Origin: Candidatus Latescibacterota bacterium
GTDB taxonomy: Bacteria > Latescibacterota > UBA2968
Assembly: GCA_965207885.1 (NCBI GenBank)
Contig: OZ242311.1
Span: 3,968,001-4,032,000, forward strand
Direction: 5' to 3'
DNA: 64,000 nt
A program made the position numbers and the translations under genes. The notes under the pieces were generated by a model. The model saw only the letters and a program-made list of their open reading frames with translations. It had not been told where the DNA came from and searched no databases. Positions 33,907-44,151 of the stretch are shown piece after piece; the first letter of the stretch is position 1; the number at the start of each line of letters is the position of its first letter.

Positions 33907-35391
33907 ATGAAAGTACTCGTCATAGGTCTGGATTGCGCGTCGCCCGAACTGATCTTTCAGCGATTTCGAGATGACCTGCCCACCATCAACAACCTGATCC
34001 AGACCGGAATTTACGGCAACCTCAAAAGCACCATCCCGCCCATAACCATTCCCGCCTGGATGAGCATGGTAACGGGCAAAGACCCCGGCACGCTGGGATT
34101 TTACGGACTGCGCAACCGCGCCGATTACTCCTACAACCGTCTGTCTATCGCCAACTCAACGCTCGTGCACGACGATACGGTTTGGGACATCATTTCTGCT
34201 GCGGGCAAAAAAGTAATTCTCGTAGGCGTGCCCCAAACCTATCCCCCCCAGCCAGTCAACGGCTGCCTGATCGCCTCTTTTCTCACGCCGAGCAACGACA
34301 GTCCCTATACCTATCCCGACAGCCTAAAAGCCGAAATCGAGCGCGTCTCCGATGGCTATATCATCGATGTGCGCGATTTTCGCACAGATGACAAAGCGCG
34401 CTTGCTCCGCGAAATCTACACCATGACCGAAAAGCGATTTCGCGTGACCAGGCATCTCCTGCAAACCCACGAATGGGATTTTTGCATGCATGTGGAAATG
34501 GGCACAGATCGCATCCACCACGGATTCTGGCGCTTTCTGGATCAAACCCACCGAAAACACGATCCCAATTCTGAATATGTGAACGCCATCCGCGACTATT
34601 ACCGGTATCTCGATGGTGAAATCGCATCCCTGATTGATTTGGCGGGTAAAGACACTGCCATTCTCCTCGTCTCAGACCACGGCGCCAAGCGCATAGATGG
34701 CGGTATCTGCATCAACGAATGGTTGATCCGCGAAGGGTATTTGACACTAAAAAAATATCCCCAGGAGCCTATGGCTTATGAGGATCTCGAAATCGACTGG
34801 GCAAAAACCACAGCCTGGGGTGAGGGTGGCTATTACGCGCGCATCTTTCTCAACATTGCTGGACGCGAACCAAAAGGCATTGTGCCCCCCGAACAATACA
34901 ATGTCTTACGCGACGAACTTTCAAAAAAAATCGTGAACATCCCCGACGACAAGGGCAATCCCCTGCCGACGAGGGTCTTCAAACCAGAAGATATTTACAG
35001 CACCATTAACAATATCCCACCCGATCTGATCGCCTATTTCGGGGACCTGCACTGGCGTTCTGTCGGCACAATAGGCCATTGCGCCATCCACACCCTTGAA
35101 AACGACACCGGACCAGACGATGCCAACCACGCTCAACACGGTATCTTTATTCTCAAAGACGGCACGCACACAGGCGAGAGATACAATCTGGAAATACGCG
35201 ACATCGCACCAACTATCCTGGGCCTCATGGATATCCCCACTCCCACCGACATGCAAGGCCAGACAATAGTCAACACGCCCTCAACGCCCGCATCACCAGA
35301 TGCACAACCTTCACACACAGACGACGAAGTCTATACAGAAGACGAAAAAAAAGCACTCGAAGATCGACTCAGAGCGCTGGGATATTTGTGA
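33907..35391 (+). CDS. Alkaline phosphatase superfamily protein (type I phosphodiesterase-like)
   Basis: IGLDC, STIPPITIPAW, DRIHH, SDHG, C-terminal RLRALGY. Confidence 0.88.
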   Translation: MKVLVIGLDCASPELIFQRFRDDLPTINNLIQTGIYGNLKSTIPPITIPAWMSMVTGKDPGTLGFYGLRNRADYSYNRLSIANSTLVHDDTVWDIISAAGKKVILVGVPQTYPPQPVNGCLIASFLTPSNDSPYTYPDSLKAEIERVSDGYIIDVRDFRTDDKARLLREIYTMTEKRFRVTRHLLQTHEWDFCMHVEMGTDRIHHGFWRFLDQTHRKHDPNSEYVNAIRDYYRYLDGEIASLIDLAGKDTAILLVSDHGAKRIDGGICINEWLIREGYLTLKKYPQEPMAYEDLEIDWAKTTAWGEGGYYARIFLNIAGREPKGIVPPEQYNVLRDELSKKIVNIPDDKGNPLPTRVFKPEDIYSTINNIPPDLIAYFGDLHWRSVGTIGHCAIHTLENDTGPDDANHAQHGIFILKDGTHTGERYNLEIRDIAPTILGLMDIPTPTDMQGQTIVNTPSTPASPDAQPSHTDDEVYTEDEKKALEDRLRALGYL

Positions 35392-35398
35392 TTGACCG

Positions 35399-36283
35399 CT
35401 AAAAAACCCGAAAATGCGCGGGCAAAGTCGGCATTCCACTATCCTGTGTCGTAACAAAACCGCCAACGGCATTGGCTTGTTCGGCGCATATCTGCATCGG
35501 TGCGCCAGCGAGTAAATGCATGACAAATGCCGCCGTAAAAGCATCGCCAGCACCCACCGTATTCACGACCTGCTGTCTTTTCCCCACCGCCTGACAAATC
35601 CCACCTTCACTCACAACCCAGCACCCCTGTTCTCCCAGCGTCAAAATCACACATTGCAGGTCAAACCGCGCGCGAATACCTGTCAAAAAAGCATCCACAT
35701 CTTCTTCCCCACCCACATAATCGCGCAGCAGGACGACTTCCTCGTCATTTAACTTCAGCACATCAGCACGTGTCAGAGATTCCCGCACAATCTCATCAGT
35801 GTGATAGTGCTGTCGAAAATTAATATCGAACACGCGCAAGCAATCCGGCGACGCCGCATCCAAAAAATTTATAATTGCCCGACGGCTCTGCGCCTCGCGT
35901 TGATCTATCGTCCCAAAACACAAGGCGTGAGCAGATTGCGCTATCGGTGCCAATTCTGAGCACCATGTAATCGCATCCCACGCCACGCCTTCGACAATTT
36001 CATAAGTAGGCTGCCCATCTACAAGGGTCACGTTCACGCTACCCGTTGGTCGATAGGCATGCACTTGCATGGCATCTGTAGCCACGCCTCTTCCGCTCAA
36101 AATCTCAAGTGCTGTCTTGCCCCGCGCATCGTCTCCCACGCAACTCACCATGGCAGAACGCGCGCCCAAAGCAGCCGCGTGCACGGCAAAATTTGCCGGC
36201 GCGCCCCCCAATCGCTCGCCATCGGGAAACACATCCCACAACACGGCACCGATAGCGACCACAGAAGGCGGACCACGGCGCAT
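35399..36283 (-). CDS. PfkB-family carbohydrate kinase
   Basis: GGAPANFA, FDINFR, KLNDEE, TVGAGDAF. Confidence 0.92.
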   Translation of the reverse strand: MRRGPPSVVAIGAVLWDVFPDGERLGGAPANFAVHAAALGARSAMVSCVGDDARGKTALEILSGRGVATDAMQVHAYRPTGSVNVTLVDGQPTYEIVEGVAWDAITWCSELAPIAQSAHALCFGTIDQREAQSRRAIINFLDAASPDCLRVFDINFRQHYHTDEIVRESLTRADVLKLNDEEVVLLRDYVGGEEDVDAFLTGIRARFDLQCVILTLGEQGCWVVSEGGICQAVGKRQQVVNTVGAGDAFTAAFVMHLLAGAPMQICAEQANAVGGFVTTQDSGMPTLPAHFRVF

Positions 36284-37266
36284 TACCGCGACACCTTCAC
36301 TGCCTTTTTTGCAGAAGCCGAGCGATAAGCGGCCTCGGACAAGCGAGCGACCTGCAAAGCGAAATCCGGAGGCGAATACCCCACGCCATCGTTGCGGATC
36401 AGATCAAAAAATGCCTGATCGGGCGTCATCTCCTGAATATGCGGTGGAATATCGAGTGGTTTGTCATTCAGCAAAACCGATTGCACCTGCCACCGGTGCA
36501 AATGGAATACCAGACAGCCCTTGCTTCCGTGAATGGCGATTCGCTCATCGTGATGCGCCGCATTGCCAAAGGTATTCAGCGTTCCCGCCCCGCCACCTTT
36601 GAAACGCACATTGACCACCATATTGGTATCCACAGCTTTTCCCGCATTCTCCGCAAAAGCCGAGACCTCCACAGGCTCCAATCCCGTAATCCACAACACA
36701 GAGGCGACGAGATGGCTACCCGTATCCATAAACATGCCACCCCCCGACAGTTCGGGGTCCAAACGCCAGCCGCGGATACGTCCCCAATTTTGCGTCACAT
36801 AGGCCACCACGCCGCGCAACTCTCCGAGTTCACCCTGCCGAATCAATTCACGCGCATAAACGTGGGGAGCCATATAATTGCGTTGATAGGCCACCACCAG
36901 ATACAATTTCAATTTATCCGACAAATTGATCAGCGACTTGGTCTGCCGAGACGCAACAGTAAGGGGCTTCTCAACCAGAACGTGCAAGCCCTTTTGCAAA
37001 GACAGGCGGGCGTGCTCATAATGCAGCGCGTGGGGTGAACTGATCAGCATGGCATCGAGAGCCTCATTCCGCACGAGTTGGCGATAATCTTCATAAAACG
37101 ACGCCTCACTGCCCCACGTCTCCATTAATGCTTCCGCCTGGCTCTCATCGGGATCGGCCACGCCGATAATCTCCACGCCGCCATCTGCTTTCAAACGGGG
37201 CAAATGCGCTCGTTGCATGTTGCCGCCACATCCGATCAAACCGAGGCGAATTTTCTCTTTTGACAT
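36283..37266 (-). CDS. Gfo/Idh/MocA oxidoreductase
   Basis: GLIGCG, HVLVEKPL, GGGMFMDTGSH. Confidence 0.92.
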   Translation of the reverse strand: MSKEKIRLGLIGCGGNMQRAHLPRLKADGGVEIIGVADPDESQAEALMETWGSEASFYEDYRQLVRNEALDAMLISSPHALHYEHARLSLQKGLHVLVEKPLTVASRQTKSLINLSDKLKLYLVVAYQRNYMAPHVYARELIRQGELGELRGVVAYVTQNWGRIRGWRLDPELSGGGMFMDTGSHLVASVLWITGLEPVEVSAFAENAGKAVDTNMVVNVRFKGGGAGTLNTFGNAAHHDERIAIHGSKGCLVFHLHRWQVQSVLLNDKPLDIPPHIQEMTPDQAFFDLIRNDGVGYSPPDFALQVARLSEAAYRSASAKKAVKVSR

Positions 37267-37304
37267 CGCGCAGAACCTCCCGGTTTATAGTGAGTAATAT
37301 TTTT

Positions 37305-38111
37305 TTAAGCCGCCGATTCAGCCACCATCGTTACTTCTTTCCTGCCTTCTAATCCGGAGATTACCGGAAATGTGCGCGATGAATCCCTTCCCCGCGCCAT
37401 ATAACGCACAGTAGGTGGAAAATAGGCGTAGAGTGCCGTATGCCTCGGGCGAGGTGAATTATTGGGACCAGAACCGTGTACACACAAACTGTGAAATAAG
37501 AGGGCTGTTCCCGCCCGGAGTGGCACCTCAATAGCCTGTGAGATATCCAAATTTTTTCGATCTGTCAACTTTGCATCTTGAGGCCGCGCAATATCGCCCC
37601 ATTTCTGCATGCCCCACTTGTGACTCTCGGGAATCACTCGAATGCACCCATTCTCCGAATAGGCATCTGTCAATGCAATACTCACCGTGACAAGCGCGGG
37701 CGGCTCCATCGGCCAATACGCCGAATCTTGATGAAAACCATGCGAGGACCCGTGAAACGCGGGCTTGAGCATAAGCGTACTGCGAAACAACAACAAATCG
37801 AGACCAATCAGATTCTGAACCACGGGCACGAGTTTGGAATGTGCAGCCAAATTCTTGAACACATTGGAAAAATCGCGCGTCTGTTCGATCTTTCGCAACA
37901 CGGGCAAGCCATCTTGCTCTTTGTCCCTTGCATAAGGCTCGCGCTGAAAACTGCCCGAACGCTTATCGCCATTGGCTGCCAAATCTGCTGCCAGCACGTG
38001 TAATTTGTGAATTTCTTCTTCACACTCAGCCAGTTCCTCTGGCGACACCACATCTTCAACCACGAGATAGCCCTGGTCGAAAAAAAATGCTTTCTGTTCT
38101 TCAGGTGTCAT
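37305..38111 (-). CDS. Phytanoyl-CoA dioxygenase (PhyH) family protein
   Basis: FHQD, NGCIRVIPESH, VHGSGPN. Confidence 0.9.
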   Translation of the reverse strand: MTPEEQKAFFFDQGYLVVEDVVSPEELAECEEEIHKLHVLAADLAANGDKRSGSFQREPYARDKEQDGLPVLRKIEQTRDFSNVFKNLAAHSKLVPVVQNLIGLDLLLFRSTLMLKPAFHGSSHGFHQDSAYWPMEPPALVTVSIALTDAYSENGCIRVIPESHKWGMQKWGDIARPQDAKLTDRKNLDISQAIEVPLRAGTALLFHSLCVHGSGPNNSPRPRHTALYAYFPPTVRYMARGRDSSRTFPVISGLEGRKEVTMVAESAA

Positions 38112-38177
38112 TTTTATCCTCCTCAAAATTGCTAGATAGATAAATCATAATACTATAAATACTTGTGTCAAGCAAAG

Positions 38178-38208
38178 AAAAAGGGCGTCAGTCTGTAACC
38201 GACGCCCC
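38178..38208 (-). terminator. Rho-independent terminator
   Basis: GGGCGTC/GACGCCC stem with T tract on the minus strand. Confidence 0.65.
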
Positions 38209-38248
38209 TGGGGTTATATTTTCTATAAAAACCCGTAAAAACCCGCCT

Positions 38249-39190
38249 TTATTGCGAAGGGCGGGGCAGCACCTCAAAACCCACCGAATCCACGGACGCC
38301 GAGCCAAAAATCCCTATGCCCCCATCAACGTTAAACAGCGGACGCTCGAAATTGTCACCCGCCAGGCCGCCAGGCTGAAACGCATTCCCATCATCATCTT
38401 GAAAAAACTCGGGCACAGAGCGAATCAAATCAAACCAGTTCTTGTCAACCGCATAAATGCGAATGACATGAGGCCCGGCATATGCCACCGCAAACCAGGG
38501 GAAGCGCACGATGCCATCCGTGGCCTCAAATGCCGGCGAACTGCCATATCGTTCAAAATCCGCCCTCTCATCTTCATCGACCAAATCGGAATAAACCACA
38601 AAATCCGATTCTGGATCCAGGCTCTCAATTGCAATATGGTAGCCACTGGCAGGAAGCGGATCAAATCGCATTTCCAGAAGGCCTTCTTGATAGACAACGC
38701 GATTCTCCTGCACATTGCCATCTTCATATCTATTCAAAGGACGGATGACCTCGAGTGTCTCATCATCTATTAATGCCGCCTCCCGAATATCGAATCTACC
38801 CGGTGTTATCGTCTGTGCCGTGGCTTCCCTGCCCTGTGATCGCACGCGCAGATTATAAGTTGTATTTGGCAAAACGAGCGGGGCATTGAGCGGGGGACGA
38901 TAAGACCCAGAGGAAAAACTCGAACTCGGGCGGTACACAAACGTCTGTTCCCCCTGAGTGATCACGACCTCGGCATCGCCTACACCTGCCCAGCGTTCAG
39001 AATAACCCACATTTGCTTTTACTGTCTCACTAACCAGCACCTGAGGCAGGGGTTTATCGACAATCAACAGCGCATCCACAACCAGAACACCCGAAGCATC
39101 GGGACCAAAAAGACTCGATGGATCGCGCTCGGCCTCACATCCCACCAGCACGGCCAGGCAGCCCACCATCAAAACGAAATATTTCATCAT
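38249..39190 (-). CDS. DUF4249-like lipoprotein, partner of the TonB receptor
   Basis: Lipobox LVGC; YNLRV; C-terminal NVDGGIGIFGS. Confidence 0.75.
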   Translation of the reverse strand: MMKYFVLMVGCLAVLVGCEAERDPSSLFGPDASGVLVVDALLIVDKPLPQVLVSETVKANVGYSERWAGVGDAEVVITQGEQTFVYRPSSSFSSGSYRPPLNAPLVLPNTTYNLRVRSQGREATAQTITPGRFDIREAALIDDETLEVIRPLNRYEDGNVQENRVVYQEGLLEMRFDPLPASGYHIAIESLDPESDFVVYSDLVDEDERADFERYGSSPAFEATDGIVRFPWFAVAYAGPHVIRIYAVDKNWFDLIRSVPEFFQDDDGNAFQPGGLAGDNFERPLFNVDGGIGIFGSASVDSVGFEVLPRPSQ

Positions 39191-39197
39191 ACTCCTC

Positions 39198-41420
39198 TTA
39201 AAAATTAAAATTGACCCCCAGAGTCGGCACGATCGGCAACATCTTGACCACATCTGGATTGGACTCATCAAAAATGACAAACCACTCATTGCGCCGATTA
39301 AATACGTTAAACACCTGAACGTAAAACTCCCCATTCACCTCAAACGCTCGAAACCGCATCTTCACATTTAAATCCAATCTCTGATAGGGCAACAAGCGAG
39401 CACTATTGCGGTCTGAGGGAAGCACCAGATTTTCTATTTGACGATGGGGCACTGCGGGCGAGCGCAATGAATAACGCGCAGATGCAGGTGTAAATGCCTG
39501 CCCAGTGCCATAGATATAATTCGCCCCAAGCGACCACCTGCCCAGGCGATAATTGGTCACAAAAGACACATCGTGGCGTCGGTCGTATTTGGGGGGAAAC
39601 GCCTTACCCTGATTGAGTTCGGAAAAGGTACGCCTCGTCCATCCCAGCGTGTACCCAATCCATCCCGTCAATCGCCCGGTGCGGCGCTGTAAAAAGACTT
39701 CGACACCAGTTGCATACCCGGTCCCTCCACTCACAAATGTATCCTCTACGTTCGTCGCATCGATATCTGCGGCGATGCGATTGTCCAGTACAATCAAATT
39801 CGCCATATCCGTATAATAGGCTTCCACAGTAGCCTGATAACGCTCGGAAGGTTCCCACTCCACACCCACCACACTCTGCCAGGACCGTCCGGGTTCCACC
39901 GACTCATCCAGAGGCACCCAGTAATCACCGCCGCTAAACAACTCGGTGGTCACCAATTGCAAATACTGATGAAATGAACCGCCAGCCGCCTTCCAGCGCC
40001 AGTTGCCCCTGCGGTAGCTCATTGAAAAACGCGGCTCGACATGAAAGCGATCACCAGCGCTAAAATAACTGCTCCGCATGCCCAGGCGAATATCTGTTGC
40101 AGAGCCTGGCTGCCAATGATCTTGCACATACGCCGATAACAAATTGGGGGTCAGACGCAGATCGAATTGGCTTGAGCGATTAAATTCCTGATAAAATTCA
40201 AAATCGTAGTGCGTCGCCAAAAAGCCCCCGCTGATAGCGTGATCGCGTGCGGCAAACCAATCCACATCGCCTTTGATGGTAAAATCGCTAATACCGTTGG
40301 AAAGCAAGATGGGCGTATCGAGAATATTCAGCTCTATCTTACTGGCATAATCACTGCCCGCCACCACAAAATTGCCAAATAGCGCGGGCGAAAACACATG
40401 CGTCCACTTGCCCAAAAAAGCCGTATTCCCCCACCGAATGCCGAAATACGAATCCTCATCAACATCAAAAGTCAAATTGTCTCGACCAAAATATCCACTG
40501 ATCTGCACCTTGTCATTATCCGAAAAATCCTGATTGAGCTTGGCATTTAAGTCGTAAAAATAATACGTGGGAACATCTGTTTCTTCATCCCGGATGAAAG
40601 ACAATAACGGATCGATATAAGTGCGCCGTCCCGACATCATCCACGAGCCTTTTGGCGTTGGGCCTTCAAGTGTCAAACGCGCGGCAATAAGGCTTATCCC
40701 TCCGCTGGCGTCAAATCCCTTGCGATTGCCGTCCTTATTATGTACGTCGAGCACCGCCCCCAAACGGCCGCCGTATTTCGCGGGATAAGCCCCTTTGTGT
40801 AAACTCATATCCCGAATGGCATCGGGGTTAAACGTAGAAAAAAAGCCAAATGCGTGCGATGGATTGTAAAGCGGCATTTGATCCAATAAAATCAAAGTCT
40901 GATCTGGTCCACCACCGCGGATATAAAGCCCCGAACTGATATCTGACGCGGCCTGAATACCCGGCAACAGGTGTAGCGAGCGCAAAATATCCGCCTCGCC
41001 AATAGCTGGCATCTCGCGGATTTTTGACGTTTCTATCTCCACAAAACCCGGCTGAATGCGCTGCTCTTCCTCTTCCTGCTTGGCCTGCACCACGATCTCC
41101 TCCACGACTATTGGCTCGGGTTTGAGTTGCACATCGAGCCGCCTTGTTTCCCCCGCTCGAAAAGTCAGCGTATCCTGAAAACTGATATACCCGATATAAG
41201 AAATGGTCAACACATAAGGGATATCCTCAGGAACCCCTTGAATGGCGTAATATCCATTCACATTGCTCAACACACTAATGGGCCTGTCTTGCCCTTTTAG
41301 CAACACCGTCGCATAGGGCAGCGACTCGCCATTACTCTGATCCACAATAAACCCACTCAGCGTTGCCGCACGAACAGACAACGGCAACAACAGCAACAAC
41401 GGCACCCACAAAAACTTCAT
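39198..41420 (-). CDS. TonB-dependent receptor
   Basis: N-terminal carboxypeptidase-regulatory-like domain, plug IRGGGPDQTLILLD, C-terminal F. Confidence 0.92.
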   Translation of the reverse strand: MKFLWVPLLLLLPLSVRAATLSGFIVDQSNGESLPYATVLLKGQDRPISVLSNVNGYYAIQGVPEDIPYVLTISYIGYISFQDTLTFRAGETRRLDVQLKPEPIVVEEIVVQAKQEEEEQRIQPGFVEIETSKIREMPAIGEADILRSLHLLPGIQAASDISSGLYIRGGGPDQTLILLDQMPLYNPSHAFGFFSTFNPDAIRDMSLHKGAYPAKYGGRLGAVLDVHNKDGNRKGFDASGGISLIAARLTLEGPTPKGSWMMSGRRTYIDPLLSFIRDEETDVPTYYFYDLNAKLNQDFSDNDKVQISGYFGRDNLTFDVDEDSYFGIRWGNTAFLGKWTHVFSPALFGNFVVAGSDYASKIELNILDTPILLSNGISDFTIKGDVDWFAARDHAISGGFLATHYDFEFYQEFNRSSQFDLRLTPNLLSAYVQDHWQPGSATDIRLGMRSSYFSAGDRFHVEPRFSMSYRRGNWRWKAAGGSFHQYLQLVTTELFSGGDYWVPLDESVEPGRSWQSVVGVEWEPSERYQATVEAYYTDMANLIVLDNRIAADIDATNVEDTFVSGGTGYATGVEVFLQRRTGRLTGWIGYTLGWTRRTFSELNQGKAFPPKYDRRHDVSFVTNYRLGRWSLGANYIYGTGQAFTPASARYSLRSPAVPHRQIENLVLPSDRNSARLLPYQRLDLNVKMRFRAFEVNGEFYVQVFNVFNRRNEWFVIFDESNPDVVKMLPIVPTLGVNFNF

Positions 41421-41482
41421 TATTGCTCCTTTTAATGACTTGTGAAATACATAGTGTATAACACTTATCGACGATCAGCGTG

Positions 41483-41944
41483 TCACCAAATACTCCTTTT
41501 TGTGGCAACAACTTCCAACTCTTGCTGCGCAATTAAACGGATGCGCTCTTGAATACGCGCGAGAATTAACCGCAACCGATCTCTATCGGCATCTGATAAT
41601 CCGTTATTGCGCCAGGGATCATCACCACTTCTTTTTTGCTTGGTCATCTGCACATTGATCTCTTGAGTAAAAAAATCCATCACAACCGAAATGCGCGTGC
41701 GCCGCGAAACATCGAAAAAAGTCTGACTCGCATAACTCGACTCATGTCGCCAGCCCGTCGTGACCACACCGGCCACGGGATCAACCGTTTCTACCGTATA
41801 GCCTTCTTCGTGTAAAATAGTCACGGCGGCATTGGCAAATGCCACGGAAGAAATTTTTTCCACCGACCCTGAGATCGATACGGGATCGACTACATTGCAC
41901 CCCAGCGAAAACCCCAACAAAAGAAGAATCGTAACGTATTTCAT
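41483..41944 (-). CDS. Hypothetical lipoprotein
   Basis: Lipobox SLGC; GGAGGG RBS. Confidence 0.7.
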   Translation of the reverse strand: MKYVTILLLLGFSLGCNVVDPVSISGSVEKISSVAFANAAVTILHEEGYTVETVDPVAGVVTTGWRHESSYASQTFFDVSRRTRISVVMDFFTQEINVQMTKQKRSGDDPWRNNGLSDADRDRLRLILARIQERIRLIAQQELEVVATKRSIW

Positions 41945-42021
41945 ACTGTCCCTCCGGCTAAAAGTTCCAGACTATCCGGGAAAATACCTGCCCGTATTGG
42001 AGGCAGACGCCACACTGCCTC

Positions 42022-42892
42022 TTAGGTAGTGTCTGAAAAGTAAGCTTTGAAGAGTTGTCTGATACAGGCCAGCTTGACCATAGTGAGAAAATGAGTCGCC
42101 TTTTTTTCAAATCGGGTCACAATCCGTCGGCAGTGTTTAAGCCAACCAAAGAGACGCTCCACGATATTGCGTTTGGCATATAATCTTTTATCACACTTAG
42201 GCCGTGGTCCTCTCTTACGCCGTTTTCTGCCTTTGGGAATCGCCTTGTTTGGGATAGCAGCCTTGATACCCCGTTTGCGTAGATAGACTCTGATGCGTGA
42301 GACATCATAAGATTTATCAGCTACCAGATACTTGGGTCGGTTTCTTGGACGCCCTCGTTTGGTGGGTATGCATACCTTTGACAGTAGCCTTTCAGCCTGT
42401 GTGGATTCTGACTGGTTACCAGGGAGAAGATCCACTGCTAAAGGATGCCCGACTGCATCGCAAAGAAGATGGATTTTCGTGGTCAAACCGCCACGAGAGC
42501 GTCCTAAAGCGTGATCTGGGGGCTCTTCTTCACCCTTTTTGCCCTTTTTTTTTCGCTCCTGCCGCGGCTTGTGTGGCTCGAATATGGGTTGCATCCATCA
42601 TCCAGGTCGCATAATCTAAAAGACCATCTTCACCCAATTTGAGATGTAGCTTTTCTACAATGCGATCAAAGGTGCCATCCTGTTTCCATTTGCAGAATCG
42701 GTCAAAGGCTGTCTGCCAAGGACCATATCGTTCTGGCAGGTCGCGCCAAGCTGCACCTGAACACAATATCCAGAAGATCCCGTTGAATAATGTACGATCA
42801 TCCCGACGGGGACGACCCATCTTCTTCGGCGGTGGGAACAGGTCTTGGATCAGATGCCAAGCCTCGTCGCGCAGTTCATATCTCCGTTGCAT
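42022..42892 (-). CDS. IS5-family transposase in two overlapping ORFs (42530..42892 and 42022..42594) joined at an A9 run
   Basis: ORF A: GAAWRDLPERYGPWQT, DATHIRA. ORF B: GRSRGGLTTKIH, ADKSYD, RNIVERLFGWLK. Confidence 0.9.
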
Positions 42893-42961
42893 ATCATACT
42901 CCTTGGTTTAGGGCGTATGCTGCAACTAAAATACATACTTTACGACTTTTCAGACACTACC
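42025..42961 (-). mobile_element. IS5-family insertion sequence
   Basis: Perfect 17-bp TIR GGTAGTGTCTGAAAAGT (42025-42041 / 42945-42961), flanked by TA on both sides; split transposase inside. Confidence 0.92.
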
Positions 42962-43139
42962 TAACTGCAACTCTTGTGCCAGATGGACTCAAATTGATAT
43001 AAAAAACTATAACAGCATTATTTTTAATACGTTACAAAAATTTTCAGGCCTGAAAATTTCAAAAATAAATGTGGTAAAAATTCACACTGTGCGTCAATAC
43101 CTCACAGTCGCGAAATACAATATCGCATTTTACGCCAGC

Positions 43140-43173
43140 AAAAAGGGCTTGTATCCAAGCGACACAAGCCCTT
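43140..43173 (-). terminator. Terminator downstream of tRNA
   Basis: AAAGGGCTTGT...ACAAGCCCTTT inverted repeat with T tract. Confidence 0.75.
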
Positions 43174-43179
43174 TCTTTA

Positions 43180-43255
43180 TGGAGCCATCCAGCGGATTCG
43201 AACCGCCGACCGCCTGATTACGAATCAGGTGCTCTACCAGCTGAGCTAGGATGGC
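43180..43255 (-). tRNA. tRNA-Thr(CGT)
   Basis: 76-nt cloverleaf GCCATCC...GGATGGC-T-CCA; anticodon arm CCTGA-TTCGTAA-TCAGG; TTCGAAT T-loop. Confidence 0.97.
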
Positions 43256-43364
43256 TCTAAACTATTGGAAAATAGGATTTTAAAAAATATAACCCTCATC
43301 TCAGAAGGAAAAAAATACACAAAGCTCTAAAAACTGTCAAGAAGGAAACAAAAAGGAGGTACCA

Positions 43365-44147
43365 ATGAAATTTGTCGTCGCTGTCGATTGCGAAGGCGTA
43401 GCCTGTGGCGTGGGATCACCGGGCGCGTCCCTGAACTCTTCTCGAAATTTAGAGTTCGCCAAATTACAGGCCACGCGAGAAGCGGATGCGGCTGTCCGCG
43501 GATTATTTGCAGCCGGTGCAGAACAGGTAATTGTATGGGATAATCACGGCGGGAGCTTGAATCTGAATTACGACCTCCTGGACGAGCGGTGTGATATCGC
43601 GCTTGGCGTGGGATTTGAACACCGATTTCCCGGCATGGACGAATCATTTGATGGCGTAGCGTTTGTCGGCTATCACGCCATGGACAATACAGTTGATGGC
43701 GTGATGTGTCATACCTTCAGTTCCGCAACATATCAATGGATCAAGATCAACGGACGAGAAGTGGGAGAGATGGCCATAGACGCGGCTGTTGCGGGAGAGC
43801 GAGGGGTGCCCGTCATTTTTGCCTCGAGTGACGACAAGGGAACCGCGGAAGCCGAGTGTTTTTTCCCCGGCGTTGTCACAGTCACAACCAAACAAGGGAT
43901 GGGATGGAATTGCGCGGTAAGCAAACACCCCAAACGGGTGGTAAATGAAATCTATGAAACGATCCAGAACGCCGTAGCCAAACGCAATGCCATAAAACCC
44001 TTTGCATTTTCATCTCCCCTGGCAATGGAAGTGCGCTATAAAAGGTTCGAAGCCGCGCAGTCGGCCAGCCGCGGATTTTCCGGCGCAGAGCGCGTTGATC
44101 CCTATACTGTGAGGCGAACGCTGCAATCCATCCAGGATTATTATTGA
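43365..44147 (+). CDS. M55-family D-aminopeptidase (DppA-like)
   Basis: DCEG, DNHG, VGYHA, HTFS, GE motifs. Confidence 0.9.
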   Translation: MKFVVAVDCEGVACGVGSPGASLNSSRNLEFAKLQATREADAAVRGLFAAGAEQVIVWDNHGGSLNLNYDLLDERCDIALGVGFEHRFPGMDESFDGVAFVGYHAMDNTVDGVMCHTFSSATYQWIKINGREVGEMAIDAAVAGERGVPVIFASSDDKGTAEAECFFPGVVTVTTKQGMGWNCAVSKHPKRVVNEIYETIQNAVAKRNAIKPFAFSSPLAMEVRYKRFEAAQSASRGFSGAERVDPYTVRRTLQSIQDYY

Positions 44148-44151
44148 AAAT

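Noticed and set aside
43180-43255. tRNA-Thr as integration site of an island or prophage
   Set aside because: No integrase and no duplicated tRNA 3' end seen in the window.
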